Below are positions 48,321-57,948 of a DNA stretch of 64,000 nt, piece after piece; positions within the stretch are counted from its first letter, which is position 1; every line of letters starts with the position of its first letter. A program made the position numbers and the translations under genes. This stretch comes from Bacilli bacterium (GTDB taxonomy: Bacteria > Bacillota_I > Bacilli_A > RFN20 > DUOF01): assembly GCA_045119835.1 (NCBI GenBank), contig JBGVED010000040.1, positions 388-64,387 on the forward strand, written 5' to 3'. The notes beneath the pieces were generated by a model. The model was not told where the DNA came from. It saw only the letters and a program-made list of their open reading frames with translations, and did not search any database.

Positions 48321-48413
48321 TGTCAGTCGCCTCCATTCAATAACTAATTAACAATATTTTATCATGCCACTTTACAACTAGCAATAAAATAAAGTACACT
48401 TGAGGAATAAAAG

Positions 48414-48926
48414 TTAATTATTTTCTAAAAAATTCTCTCCTTTAATCGTTTCTGTATACGACAAATTAGGATATTTCTTTTGCCTTAATATTTCATAAAC
48501 AACAATCGCAACACAATTAGATAAATTCAAACTTCTAACACCTTCTATCATAGGTATTCTAAAACAATAATTCAAATTGCTTTTCAATATTTCTTTTGGA
48601 ATGCCTGTGCTCTCTTTTCCAAACATAACAAACACATCTTCTTCTATACTAGAAAAATCAATATCACTTGGAGCCTTTTTACCATATCGTGTTATATAAT
48701 AAACGATAGGATTATTATTCTTAATCATAAAATCCTCATAACTATCATAATAATCAAAATTAAAGCCAACTAAATAATCCATTCCGGCTCTTTTTAACCC
48801 TTTATCATCAATTTTATATGTTAAAGGTCCAATAATATGTAACTTAGTACCACTAGCCACACATGTTCTCATTATATTACCTGTATTTAATGGTTTCTCT
48901 GGTTGAAATAAAACAACATTAATCAT
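48414..48926 (-). CDS. trmL: tRNA (cytidine/uridine-34 2'-O)-methyltransferase TrmL (SpoU/TrmH family)
   Basis: LFQPEKPLNTGNIMRTC, LKRAGMDY, FGKESTGIP and RSLNLSNCVAIVVYEILRQ are present. Confidence 0.88.
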   Translation of the reverse strand: MINVVLFQPEKPLNTGNIMRTCVASGTKLHIIGPLTYKIDDKGLKRAGMDYLVGFNFDYYDSYEDFMIKNNNPIVYYITRYGKKAPSDIDFSSIEEDVFVMFGKESTGIPKEILKSNLNYCFRIPMIEGVRSLNLSNCVAIVVYEILRQKKYPNLSYTETIKGENFLENN

Positions 48927-48985
48927 CTAAAAAACACCCCTTATATCTATATAAATAGCAAAAGCCCCAAAAAGGGACTATTTTA

Positions 48986-50203
48986 TTAAAACTTTAATAA
49001 TGGTTTATGCAACAATTTAGAAACTCTTTCCTGAAGATCTTCCTTCCTTTGAGTTCCATACAAAGCATTTATAATTATTTTAGCAACTTCTTCAAAATCC
49101 TTCTCTTTAAAACCTTTTGTTGTCATAGCAGGTGTTCCTATTCTAATACCTGAAGTAACATTTGGTTTTAATGTATCAAATGCAATCATATTTTTATTAC
49201 ATGCAATCCCAATATCCTCTAATATTTTTTCTGCTTCCTTACCTGTAACTCCAAAAGAATCTTTAACGTTAATTAATAACATATGATTGTCGCTTCCTCC
49301 ACTAATAAGCTTTACTCTATTAGCTAAAAAAACTTTTTCCATAGCTTTAACATTACTTACGACCTGTTTTTGATACTCTCTAAATTCACTAGTAGATGCT
49401 TCATGAAAACATTGTGCTTTAGCAGCTATTATATGCATTAAAGGTCCTCCTTGAATTCCTGGGAAAACCGCCTTATCTATAAGTTCAGCATACTCTTCCT
49501 TACAAAGAATAACACCACCTCTAGGTCCCCTTAATGTTTTGTGTGTTGTACTAGTAATAAAATCTGCATATCCTACTGGCGAAGGATGTAAACCTGCAAC
49601 AATTAATCCTGCAATATGAGCAACATCACACATTAAGTATGCTTTAACAGAATCAGCAATTTCCTTACACTTAGCAAAATCTATTTTTCTAGTATAAGAA
49701 CTTGCACCTACAATTATCATTTTAGGTTTATATTTTTTTGCTTTTTCTTGCATATCATCATAATCAAGAGTTTCATCGTCTTTTAATCCATATGATATAA
49801 TATCATATTCCTTACCACTAAAACTAACTGGACTGCCATGAGTTAAATGACCACCACTATTTAAATCCATAGATAAAACTGTATCTCCAACATCAAGCAT
49901 TGCCTTATATACAGCCATATTTGCCTGAGATCCTGAATGTGGTTGAACATTAGCGTGATACCCTTTTGCCCTAAAAATCGAAAGAAGGTTTCCTCTAGCA
50001 ATCTCTTCTATCTTATCTACTTCTTTACAACCACCATAATATCTATTTCCTGGGTAACCTTCTGCATATTTATTTGTTAAAACACTTCCCATTAACTTCA
50101 TTACTTCTTTTGAAACATAATTTTCAGAAGCAATAAGTTCAATTGTATTAGATTGTCTTCTTTTTTCTAAATTAATTATATCTTTTATTTCTTTAGCTAT
50201 CAT
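48986..50203 (-). CDS. glyA: Serine hydroxymethyltransferase
   Basis: [38 protein letters not shown] and [12 protein letters not shown] are present. The start was moved to the ATG at 50203, after GGAGTGA. Confidence 0.96.
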   Translation of the reverse strand: MIAKEIKDIINLEKRRQSNTIELIASENYVSKEVMKLMGSVLTNKYAEGYPGNRYYGGCKEVDKIEEIARGNLLSIFRAKGYHANVQPHSGSQANMAVYKAMLDVGDTVLSMDLNSGGHLTHGSPVSFSGKEYDIISYGLKDDETLDYDDMQEKAKKYKPKMIIVGASSYTRKIDFAKCKEIADSVKAYLMCDVAHIAGLIVAGLHPSPVGYADFITSTTHKTLRGPRGGVILCKEEYAELIDKAVFPGIQGGPLMHIIAAKAQCFHEASTSEFREYQKQVVSNVKAMEKVFLANRVKLISGGSDNHMLLINVKDSFGVTGKEAEKILEDIGIACNKNMIAFDTLKPNVTSGIRIGTPAMTTKGFKEKDFEEVAKIIINALYGTQRKEDLQERVSKLLHKPLLKF

Positions 50204-50270
50204 GTTAATCACTCCTACATTAAATATACCTTTTTTTACATTTTTTATAAAGATATTGATATCATTATTT

Positions 50271-50298
50271 AAAAAATAAAAAGGAGAAGAACTCCTTT
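50271..50298 (-). terminator. Rho-independent terminator after the P-type ATPase gene
   Basis: AAGGAG (50281-86) pairs with CTCCTT (50292-97). A T-run follows on the minus strand. Confidence 0.6.
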
Positions 50299-52860
50299 TT
50301 ACTGTTTAGCTTTTTTTTCCTTTTCTACAAGTATAATTCTTACTCGTTTAAACCTCAATTTTTCAACAATGGAAGAATATATCTTTCCTGGAAATGTTGT
50401 AAAAAACTCTAACAAACTATTCGTTAATACCACTAAAAGTAAAACCAATAATATTTGAGGAACATCTAGTGGAACTATATGAAGGGCACTTCTCATTACT
50501 GGAACAAATATACATAACAAATAAGCCAAGAACATTGCACCAAACAATAACCTTCTATACAAATTAAATGGATTACAAATACGATATAAAACCATTAAAC
50601 ACGTAAACGCTGCAACAATTATAGACATTGTAGATATTGCCTCTGTAGAAATATTTAAACTATTTCTAAAACAGAACACTGTTATACAATAAATAGTTAC
50701 AACTAAAGCACCAGGGAACGCTCTTTTTAAGACATTTAATAAGAAATTACCTTTTATCATATTGTTATTAGATTCTAAAGCCAAGAAAAACGCCGGAATA
50801 CCAACTGCCAAGAAATCTATAATCATAAGTTGATTTAATTCAATTGGATATGCCATATTTATTTTCAAAACATACGCCGAGAAAATAATAGTAATTGCTA
50901 ATAAGAACGAAAATATCGTCTTAGTTAAAAATAGCGTTGCCACTCTTTGAATATTATTAATAACTCTTCTACCTTCTTGAACTACTTTTGGCATTGAAGA
51001 AAAATTAGAATCGAGCAAAACTAAATGAGAAACATTTCTTGCAGCCTCACTACCACTAGCCATTGCAATACTACAATCAGCTTCTTTTAACGCCAATATA
51101 TCATTAACTCCATCACCTGTCATCGCAACAGTTTTTCCCTTACTCTTTAACGCCTCTACCAAAATTCTTTTTTGATTAGGAGTAACTCTACCAAAAACAG
51201 TATATTGATCTGCAATTTCATAAAGTTTATCATCACTAACTCTATCTAAGCTAATATATTTTTCAGAATTCTCAATACCTGCCCTTTTAGCAACCATTGA
51301 AACAGTAAGAGGATTATCTCCAGAAATAACTTTTACATCAACACCACTACTCTTAAAATATTCAATAGTACTAAGGGCATCAGGTCTTATAGTATCTTCA
51401 ATCAAAATAAGCGCTAATGGGTCAGCTTTTAATTTAGTGGCATCTTCCTGATCCTTTAATTGCTCTTTATTATGCCCTATCAATAAAACTCTATATCCTT
51501 TCCTAGCATACTTATCAACACTAGGCTTTACAAGATCATATTCTTTTTTCAAAATAAATTCAGGAGCCCCCAAAAAGAAAGTGCCATATTTATCTAACGT
51601 AACAGCACTAAACTTTCTAGCACTTGAGAAAGGGACAACAAATAAAGGAGTAACCCTTTTAGCTTTTCCAAACTCTTTTTCTAAAGCAACTGAAGTCATA
51701 TTATTGTCATTTAAACTACCTAGCATCAATGCTATTATCTGTTTAATTGTTAATCCAGAATCATTTTTTATTTCTTCAATTCCTTTAACTGTCATAGTAC
51801 CATCCGTAATAGTACCAGTTTTATCCAGACACAAAACATTAACTCTAGCTAGCATTTCAATACAATATAATTCTTGAACTAATGTATTATTTTTTGCTAA
51901 TCTAAGTACACTAACAGCCAAAGCAACACTAGTAGTTAAAAATAACCCTGAAGGTATCATCGAAATAATAAGTGAAGCAGTACGCCTAACGGTAGAAGCA
52001 TATACTTCATATGAATCAACACCAATAAGTTCCTCTTTAAAATGTCCTTGGTGAATCAAAAATAAACATATTGTAATAGGAATTAATAAAACTAAAACTA
52101 CTCTTATAATCTTTTTAAGTGAAGATAATATTTTAGAATTAGGTTTTTTATAAACCTTTGCTTGTTTAGCAAGTTTTTCTATATAACTATCTCCACCAAT
52201 TTTTTCAACCTTAGCTTTACATGTTCCAGAAACAACAAAACTTCCAGAAAATAAAGATGAACCAACTTTTTTTACTAATGCATCAGATTCTCCAGTAAGC
52301 AAAGACTCATTAACTTCCACGCCGCCTTCTTTTAATATGCAATCTGCACATATTTGTTTACCAGCACTCAAAACTAATAAATCATCTAAAACAATCTCAT
52401 TAACAGGTATCTCAATTTGTCTACCATTTCTAATAACAACCGCATTAGGAGCAGACAAAAGTGATAATTTATCAATTGTAATTTTAGCTCTAATTTCTTG
52501 AACAATACCTACAATAATATTCGCACTAACAATAACTAAAAAGAACAAATCTTTAACTGCACCTACAGATATTAACCAAAAAGCAACAGAAAAAGTTATC
52601 AGATTAAAAACAGTTAAAATATTTGAAAGTATTATTTGAAAAACCGTTTTTGTACTACCTTGACCTATATTATTAACTAAACCTTCTTCAATTCTAGTTT
52701 GAACTTGCTCATCACTCAAACCTCTTTTTAAATCCGTACGAAAACGAGTCGCACCAATTGTCGATATTTCTTGAGTTTCTCCGCTCATTCTCTTTATTTG
52801 AGAAGTCTTTTTTGTACTCTCATCAACAACAATTTCTTCTATTTCTTTCTCTTTTTTCAT
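50299..52860 (-). CDS. Cation-translocating P-type ATPase (Ca2+/Mg2+-type)
   Basis: [16 protein letters not shown] (phosphorylation site), [21 protein letters not shown] and 10 predicted TM segments are present. Confidence 0.88.
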   Translation of the reverse strand: MKKEKEIEEIVVDESTKKTSQIKRMSGETQEISTIGATRFRTDLKRGLSDEQVQTRIEEGLVNNIGQGSTKTVFQIILSNILTVFNLITFSVAFWLISVGAVKDLFFLVIVSANIIVGIVQEIRAKITIDKLSLLSAPNAVVIRNGRQIEIPVNEIVLDDLLVLSAGKQICADCILKEGGVEVNESLLTGESDALVKKVGSSLFSGSFVVSGTCKAKVEKIGGDSYIEKLAKQAKVYKKPNSKILSSLKKIIRVVLVLLIPITICLFLIHQGHFKEELIGVDSYEVYASTVRRTASLIISMIPSGLFLTTSVALAVSVLRLAKNNTLVQELYCIEMLARVNVLCLDKTGTITDGTMTVKGIEEIKNDSGLTIKQIIALMLGSLNDNNMTSVALEKEFGKAKRVTPLFVVPFSSARKFSAVTLDKYGTFFLGAPEFILKKEYDLVKPSVDKYARKGYRVLLIGHNKEQLKDQEDATKLKADPLALILIEDTIRPDALSTIEYFKSSGVDVKVISGDNPLTVSMVAKRAGIENSEKYISLDRVSDDKLYEIADQYTVFGRVTPNQKRILVEALKSKGKTVAMTGDGVNDILALKEADCSIAMASGSEAARNVSHLVLLDSNFSSMPKVVQEGRRVINNIQRVATLFLTKTIFSFLLAITIIFSAYVLKINMAYPIELNQLMIIDFLAVGIPAFFLALESNNNMIKGNFLLNVLKRAFPGALVVTIYCITVFCFRNSLNISTEAISTMSIIVAAFTCLMVLYRICNPFNLYRRLLFGAMFLAYLLCIFVPVMRSALHIVPLDVPQILLVLLLVVLTNSLLEFFTTFPGKIYSSIVEKLRFKRVRIILVEKEKKAKQ

Positions 52861-52975
52861 TTGTGAAACTCACCACTTTTCCTTTATAAATTCTAACATT
52901 TAAGACTTTTTAATTCAATAAATACGTATTTTTTTAATAACGATGTAAAAAATAAAATAGATAGGATGGGATAAC

Positions 52976-53734
52976 ATGAAATATAAAATAAAAATTTATA
53001 CTCTATACCTGCTTATTTTCACTTTTTTAATTGTATCATCACTATATTTTACAATAGAAAAAAATGACTTAAAAACAAACACCATAATAACAGAAAAAAA
53101 CAATAAAACTGCTTATTTAACATTTGATGATGGCCCCTCAAAAAATACCGATAAAATATTAAATATTTTAGATAAATACAATATAAAAGCCACTTTTTTT
53201 GTCGTTGGCCCTAGCTATAAATTAAAAAATGACTATTTAAAAAAAATAGTTGAAAATGGACATCAAATAGCAATACACTCATACAATCACAATTATAATC
53301 AAATATATTCATCAAAAGAAAATTATATAAAAGATTTTAACGAATGTTTAAATTGGATAAAAAACACAACCGGAATAACACCATCCATTTATAGATTTCC
53401 TGGAGGATCATCAAATACAATAGCAAACAAAGATCTAATAAAATCAATAATAAAAGATTTAACCGCTTTAAATTTTGAACATACAGATTGGAATGTAGAC
53501 ACCCTAGATTCATACAGCACTGATTACAAAAAAATAATAGAAAATGCATTAACTTCAATAAAAAAGAATGAAAACAACAATAATTTTCATCAAACCATAT
53601 TGATGCACGATGACATAAAAAAAAGTGCCACCATAACAGCTTTACCATTACTAATTGAAAAATTAATTTCACTAGGATACCACTTCGAAATACTAACAAA
53701 AGAAAAAACTCTTGTTAAACATATAAAATTATAA
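52976..53734 (+). CDS. Polysaccharide deacetylase (NodB homology domain), membrane-anchored
   Basis: The N-terminal TM segment is followed by YLTFDDGP, IAIHSYNHNY, YRFPGGS and ILMHD. Confidence 0.85.
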   Translation: MKYKIKIYTLYLLIFTFLIVSSLYFTIEKNDLKTNTIITEKNNKTAYLTFDDGPSKNTDKILNILDKYNIKATFFVVGPSYKLKNDYLKKIVENGHQIAIHSYNHNYNQIYSSKENYIKDFNECLNWIKNTTGITPSIYRFPGGSSNTIANKDLIKSIIKDLTALNFEHTDWNVDTLDSYSTDYKKIIENALTSIKKNENNNNFHQTILMHDDIKKSATITALPLLIEKLISLGYHFEILTKEKTLVKHIKL

Positions 53735-53760
53735 AAAAAGTGCCACACTGGCACTTTTTA
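53733..53760. terminator. Bidirectional terminator between the deacetylase gene and rpsO
   Basis: AGTGCCA (53739-45), loop cac, TGGCACT (53749-55). An A-run precedes it and a T-run follows. Confidence 0.8.
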
Positions 53761-53780
53761 AAATCAAACAAAAACTTAAA

Positions 53781-54050
53781 TTATTTTCTAATATTTAATG
53801 CTTCAATTAAAGATAAATATTCTTCAGCACTTCTTGCTTTGATGTAATCCAATAAACTTCTTCTTTTACTAACCATAGCAAGTAATCCTCTACGAGAATG
53901 TTTGTCATTCTTGTGCTCTTTTAAGTGTTCAGTTAAAGAATTAATTCTTTGAGTTAAAATAGCTACTTGAACAGCAGGATTTCCTGTATCTTTTTCACTA
54001 GCACCGAACTTTTTAACTAATTGAGCAGTTTTTTCTTTAGTTATTGTCAT
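53781..54050 (-). CDS. rpsO: 30S ribosomal protein S15
   Basis: [43 protein letters not shown]. Confidence 0.97.
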   Translation of the reverse strand: MTITKEKTAQLVKKFGASEKDTGNPAVQVAILTQRINSLTEHLKEHKNDKHSRRGLLAMVSKRRSLLDYIKARSAEEYLSLIEALNIRK

Positions 54051-54133
54051 TCTTTTTTCCTCCTTTTATATTTCTTATCTAAATCCACGTAACAAGTCGG
54101 AGACTCTTAAAACCTAGAAATAGACGCACAATT

Positions 54134-54162
54134 AATATACCCTAATTATCAAAATTATGCAA
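54134..54162 (-). promoter_or_regulatory. SigA-type promoter for rpsO
   Basis: The minus strand reads TTGCAT (54162-57), 17 nt, TATATT (54139-34). Confidence 0.5.
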
Positions 54163-54169
54163 GTGTAAA

Positions 54170-54745
54170 TTAATTTATTTTTCGTGTAATTGCAAACCCA
54201 TCACCAATACTTAAAAATTCACTTTTATAATCTTTTAATTTTAATAAATAATCCCTATATTCATTCATTTTTAAAACTAATCTTTTACTTTTTTTACTAT
54301 CAGTTAATTTTTGTAAATCAAGTAATTCAATATTATCAGAAATAATTACTCCATTTTCACTAAGAAAAGGAGAAAATTTTTCAAAAAACTTTATATATTG
54401 AGCTTTAGCAGCATCAATAAATATTAAATCAAAACTTTTATTATCCAAACAAACATTAAAAGCATCATCAAAAATAATATTAATTTGCTTATCAAAACCA
54501 GCACTGCCAATATTTTTAACTGCTTCTTTATACATTTTTTCATCTCGTTCAATAGTAGTTATTTTAACTTTCTCACTAACACTTGCCATACAAATCGCAC
54601 TATAACCTATTGCAGTACCTAACTCTAAAATATTATATAAATTTTCTTCCTTAATTATTTTTTTTAAATATTCAATATTATCTTTTCTAGCTATAGGAAC
54701 ATAGTTTTCTTTAGCGTATTTTTCCATATTTTCTATTAACCCCAT
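54170..54745 (-). CDS. Class I SAM-dependent O-methyltransferase (family 3, TrmR/YrrM-like)
   Basis: ILELGTAIGYSAI (motif I), DLIFIDAAKAQY and GVIISDN are present. Confidence 0.7.
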   Translation of the reverse strand: MGLIENMEKYAKENYVPIARKDNIEYLKKIIKEENLYNILELGTAIGYSAICMASVSEKVKITTIERDEKMYKEAVKNIGSAGFDKQINIIFDDAFNVCLDNKSFDLIFIDAAKAQYIKFFEKFSPFLSENGVIISDNIELLDLQKLTDSKKSKRLVLKMNEYRDYLLKLKDYKSEFLSIGDGFAITRKIN

Positions 54746-54818
54746 AAAATCACCGATTAAATTATACTTTATATACTTAAAATAATAAATATAATGTTAT
54801 AATTAAAAAGGTGATTTT

Positions 54819-55514
54819 ATGACAAAAGAAGAATTAAAAAATATAGTTTTAAACTCTTTAATTAACAAAGATCCTAACAAAGAATATTTTAAAAACAGAA
54901 TGATTTATCATCTTAATGATGACAACCCTGAAATAATTTATAGTGCTCCAGTTAACCCAAATTACCTTCAACCAATAGATGCTAAGCATTCTATAATACT
55001 TGAAAGCAACGTTTACGATGCGCTTACAACAATTGATCAATACAACATTGATCACAAAAAAGAAGTTCCTTTTATCTTATATGGATACGAAACAAAGGGA
55101 GGAGCTATCGTTTTTGATGATATTTACTGTGATTTTCATAAACTAAAAGAAAGCAGCGCAACATTTGATAAACTAGAAGAATTTTTAAAATTAAGAATGC
55201 AAGTTTTTATAACCGACAACATGAAAAACAAAGTTATTTGTATTGGACATACTCACCCATTTACAGGAAAAGTATCCTACAATTACTCTATCGCTGATTT
55301 ATGTGTACATTTACATTACTATAGTTACAACGCTTTTGCCGATTCAAAGTATAATAACAAAGTTTTTTCCTTAATGAAATCAGTATCTAATGACTATAAT
55401 TTCATCTATTATGATGCTTTCTCACAAACTTTTAGAAAAGTAAGCAAAGTTTATTTAAGAGAAAAAAAGAAGGAATTTATCCTTCTTGATAGTTATAAAA
55501 ATTGTGATAATTAA
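54819..55514 (+). CDS. Hypothetical protein with JAMM/MPN+-like metalloprotease motif
   Basis: EVPFILYGYE (E82) is followed by CIGHTHPFTGKVSYNYSIADL (H144, H146, S157, D160). The His-to-Ser spacer is 10 residues instead of the canonical 7. Confidence 0.5.
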   Translation: MTKEELKNIVLNSLINKDPNKEYFKNRMIYHLNDDNPEIIYSAPVNPNYLQPIDAKHSIILESNVYDALTTIDQYNIDHKKEVPFILYGYETKGGAIVFDDIYCDFHKLKESSATFDKLEEFLKLRMQVFITDNMKNKVICIGHTHPFTGKVSYNYSIADLCVHLHYYSYNAFADSKYNNKVFSLMKSVSNDYNFIYYDAFSQTFRKVSKVYLREKKKEFILLDSYKNCDN

Positions 55515-56092
55515 TTTAATTGCTGCCCTAATTTTGTTAAAGCTTCAATTCTAGCACTATAATTTAATATTTCTTCTGGACTATGATGTGATAAGTATTT
55601 ACCATCATCAACAATAAATACTGAATCATAACCTTCTCCATTTCTTTCTTTTACTTTTTTAGCTAGATATCCATATGTTTTACCGCTTGTAATTTTAGCT
55701 TTTCCGTCTTTACCAATAGCAACATAAACTGCCTCATAATATATTTCTCTCTCTTTTACACCATTAAATAAATTTACCAAGGCTTCATTTCTCTCTCTTT
55801 GAGTTCCTGGCCACCAAGTATCCATTTCAACACCCAATATATTAGGAGCAAAAGTTGAAAAAAGTCCATAACCATCTGCAATAACATAATCATAATTATC
55901 TTTTTCTTTTTTCCAAATCGTTTGGGCTTTTCTTTTAGCATTTTCTTCTAAATTTTTACTTTTCACTTCAAAATCAACTTCATACTCTAAATCGAATAAA
56001 GAATCAACACTAGTTATGTCTACATGTTTTTTTAAAATTGATTTTAATTCTTTAACTTTTTTTTCGCTACCAGTTACATATAAAATTTTCAC
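55511..56092 (-). CDS. Divergent HAM1/RdgB-like (non-canonical NTP pyrophosphatase fold) protein
   Basis: It uses a GTG start. KILYVTGSEKKVKEL, ENAKRKA, IADGYGL and GEGYDSVF align with the HAM1 motifs ATGN.GK..E, ENA..KA, ADDSGL and GFGYDP.F, but key residues are substituted. Confidence 0.5.
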   Translation of the reverse strand: MKILYVTGSEKKVKELKSILKKHVDITSVDSLFDLEYEVDFEVKSKNLEENAKRKAQTIWKKEKDNYDYVIADGYGLFSTFAPNILGVEMDTWWPGTQRERNEALVNLFNGVKEREIYYEAVYVAIGKDGKAKITSGKTYGYLAKKVKERNGEGYDSVFIVDDGKYLSHHSPEEILNYSARIEALTKLGQQLN

Positions 56093-56178
56093 TAAAATCG
56101 CCCCATTTCATTACAATGATTTTATCACACAAAAAATTAATTTCCTACAAAATGCTATAATTATTTATTACTTGCAAA

Positions 56179-57216
56179 CTATCTATTACCAAGTCTTAAA
56201 TTTTCTATAACCTCATCACTTAAATCTTTAACAATACACACAAGAGCTTTTTTGGCATTATTATAATCATCTACATCCATGATTGTTGATGAAGTATGTA
56301 AATTCTTAGCGCATATACAATGAGTAAGAGTTAACACACCATCAAAAGATTTATGAATCATACCTGCATCAGTTCCGCCCATTGATATAAAATATTGATA
56401 TGGAATATTATTTTTCTCACAAATTGCTTTTTGGTAATTAATTAAAGATTTAAAAGCTAACATATTAGCGTCCTTAACTCTTAATAAAACTCCCTCTCCC
56501 AATATTCCATTTTTATTTTTAGGATCACTTGGAGAACAATCTAAAACAATCGCAAAATCCGGATTAATTTTATGAGCAATAGTTTGTGCTCCTCTACACC
56601 CAACTTCTTCTTGAACACTAACTCCTACATATAAATCAACATCTAAATCAACATCTTTTAAAGCCTCTAACAACTCCACAGTTAAAAAACAACCATATCT
56701 ATCATCAATTGCCTTAGAAACAATCCTTTTTTCATTTAACTTATAAGTATTGCCCTCTAAATAGATACTATTTCCAATACTAATATTTTCCTTTATTACT
56801 TCATCTTTACTATCAAAACCAAAATCAAATTCTAAATCACTTATTTTATCACTATTAGATGTACTGCTTATAACACCATAAAATAGTTTATCATCATTAT
56901 TTTTTAATACTACTCTATCTCCCAGTAAAGTTATAGGATTTATTCCTCCAACCGGACTAACCTTAATAATACCATTTTTTAGAACATCGTTAACAATAAA
57001 ACCTATTTCATCGCAATGAGCTACTACTAAAACTTTTTTAGCATTTTCCTTTTTACATTTTTTATGTGCAACCATGCTACCTAAATTATCATAAATTATT
57101 TCAACATCATTTTTTAAATAATATTTCTTTAAAAGAGAGCTTAACTCTCTCTCTTCTCCACTAATAGCTCTAACTTCGCATATTTCCTTAAATAATTCAA
57201 AGTTAAAATTATCCAT
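56179..57216 (-). CDS. M42-family metallo-aminopeptidase (glutamyl aminopeptidase / YsdC-like)
   Basis: VVAHCDEIGFIV, AIDDRYGC, VQEEVGCRGA and GGTDAG are present. The start was moved to the ATG at 57216, after AAGGGTGA. Confidence 0.85.
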   Translation of the reverse strand: MDNFNFELFKEICEVRAISGEERELSSLLKKYYLKNDVEIIYDNLGSMVAHKKCKKENAKKVLVVAHCDEIGFIVNDVLKNGIIKVSPVGGINPITLLGDRVVLKNNDDKLFYGVISSTSNSDKISDLEFDFGFDSKDEVIKENISIGNSIYLEGNTYKLNEKRIVSKAIDDRYGCFLTVELLEALKDVDLDVDLYVGVSVQEEVGCRGAQTIAHKINPDFAIVLDCSPSDPKNKNGILGEGVLLRVKDANMLAFKSLINYQKAICEKNNIPYQYFISMGGTDAGMIHKSFDGVLTLTHCICAKNLHTSSTIMDVDDYNNAKKALVCIVKDLSDEVIENLRLGNR

Positions 57217-57862
57217 TTTTATCACCCTTAACTGCCTTTAAATAATGAATAGGTTGCCCCATACTTCTAAATTTTCTTTCATATTCTGTTGGAACATCAT
57301 CTTCATTATCTGTTAAAGGATAATTATAGTTAACATCCTCTAAAATCCAACCATTTTCTTTAAATGTTTCTACACTATAATCAAAGAATTCTCTATTATC
57401 AGTCTTAAAAATCAAACACCCATCATCATTTAAAATATTTTTATACATTTTCAAAAATTCAGGAGAAGTAAGTCTTCTATCCTCATGTCTTGCCTTAGGC
57501 CATGGATCAGAAAAGTTAAGACGAATAATATCTATCTCTTTTGTATCAAAAATATTTAACATCTCATTTGCATTAACTCTAATAAGTTTTACATTATTTA
57601 ATTCTTTATCTATTATCTTCTTTAAAGCAATAGCTAAAACTGTTTCTACTTGCTCAATACCAATGTAATTTACATTTGGATTCTTTTGCGCTAATCCACA
57701 AATAAAATCGCCTTTTCCAGTACCAATTTCTAAAACTAGTTTATTATCATTTTTAAAAACATCCTTAATTGGATTTGTTAAAAAATCTAATTTAGTTATA
57801 ACTATCCTATTAGTATAATCGTCAATTAAAGGTCTAGCCCACGCTTTCTTTCTAAGTCTCAT
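57209..57862 (-). CDS. trmB: tRNA (guanine-N7)-methyltransferase
   Basis: LEIGTGKGDF, NFSDPWPKARHEDRRL and FKTDN are present. The start was moved to the ATG at 57862, after GGGGAGTG. Confidence 0.9.
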   Translation of the reverse strand: MRLRKKAWARPLIDDYTNRIVITKLDFLTNPIKDVFKNDNKLVLEIGTGKGDFICGLAQKNPNVNYIGIEQVETVLAIALKKIIDKELNNVKLIRVNANEMLNIFDTKEIDIIRLNFSDPWPKARHEDRRLTSPEFLKMYKNILNDDGCLIFKTDNREFFDYSVETFKENGWILEDVNYNYPLTDNEDDVPTEYERKFRSMGQPIHYLKAVKGDKNG

Positions 57863-57948
57863 AAATTCACTCCCCAATATTTCACTAATATCATAATATC
57901 ACTAATGTACTTTAATAATCTATTAAAGATACCCAAAAAAACAATTAT

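Noticed and set aside
52861-52975. Possible Mg2+ (M-box) or other riboswitch upstream of the P-type ATPase
   Set aside because: The gap is only about 115 nt and very AT-rich, with no evident multi-helix structure. That is too short for an M-box.
53337-53699. 120-aa minus-strand ORF inside the polysaccharide deacetylase gene
   Set aside because: It is antisense to a gene with clear NodB motifs and gives a Leu/Cys/Phe-rich nonsense-like translation.
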